Source: Pseudomonadota bacterium (lineage in GTDB: Bacteria > Bdellovibrionota_F > JAHFAK01 > JBDREC01). From it: 39,965 bases of DNA. Every line of letters begins with the position of its first letter. Within the stretch, counting starts at the first letter, position 1. A program made the translations under genes and the position numbers. Under the pieces are notes generated by a model that made no database searches, was not told the DNA's origin, and worked only from the letters and a program-made list of their open reading frames with translations. The DNA is taken from NCBI GenBank assembly GCA_043820105.1, contig JBDREC010000089.1:1-39965 (forward strand). Direction: 5' to 3'. Below, in pieces: positions 39,738-39,965 of the stretch.

Positions 39738-39830
39738 TCTTTACCCTGGTAAATATACCGCAGAAGATTGAATACATGGGTTTTTTCGTTGCATGGAAGG
39801 TTATTTAAATTCATGCACAAAGTCAATAGT

Positions 39831-39965
39831 TAAGTGGTAAGTGGTAAGTGGTAAGTGGTAAGTGGTAAGTGGTAAGTGGTAAGTGGTAAGTGGTAAGTGG
39901 TAAGTGGTAAGTGGTAAGTGGTAAGTGGTAAGTGGTAAGTGGTAAGTGGTAAGTGGTAAGTGGTA
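39831..39965 (+). repeat. Perfect heptamer array (TAAGTGG)x19+, truncated by the window end
   Basis: 135 nt of uninterrupted TAAGTGG; reverse complement of the array at 13941-14038. Confidence 0.98.

Overview
A very AT-rich bacterial chromosomal segment. Its gene content (FYDLN protein, DUF1844, Gld-like ABC operon, PEGA-domain Ser/Thr kinase, TamB next to a long BamA/TamA) suggests a deltaproteobacterial-type lineage such as Bdellovibrionota or Myxococcota; this placement is inference. Housekeeping content includes groES-groEL, two Hsp20 genes, an ABC1/UbiB kinase, amgK, a nucleotidyltransferase, murQ, a DUF1611/enolase-family epimerase pair and a LMW phosphatase. The most notable locus is a five-gene RiPP-like cassette at 26642-29952 with its own sigma70 promoter. 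It encodes a Tat/YxxP-leader Cys-repeat protein, a radical SAM/SPASM enzyme, a PqqD/RRE protein, an HPr-kinase-like ATPase and a YkgJ-type Cys-cluster protein, and it overlaps directly into a peptidoglycan/D-amino-acid recycling operon. An orphan precursor-like peptide with a YxxPxL leader and seven CxxG repeats lies about 22 kb away (5908-6258). Other oddities are a signal-peptide-bearing glycogen-synthase-like protein that shares a C-terminal CxxLF motif with a secreted HEAT protein, at least six intergenic heptamer repeat families (including two inverted (TAAGTGG)n arrays, one running off the right end), an IS21-like terminus at the left end, two sigma54 promoters, a shared heat-shock promoter motif, a frameshifted gene and an MFS remnant. 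All family calls come from motif recognition; no searches were run.
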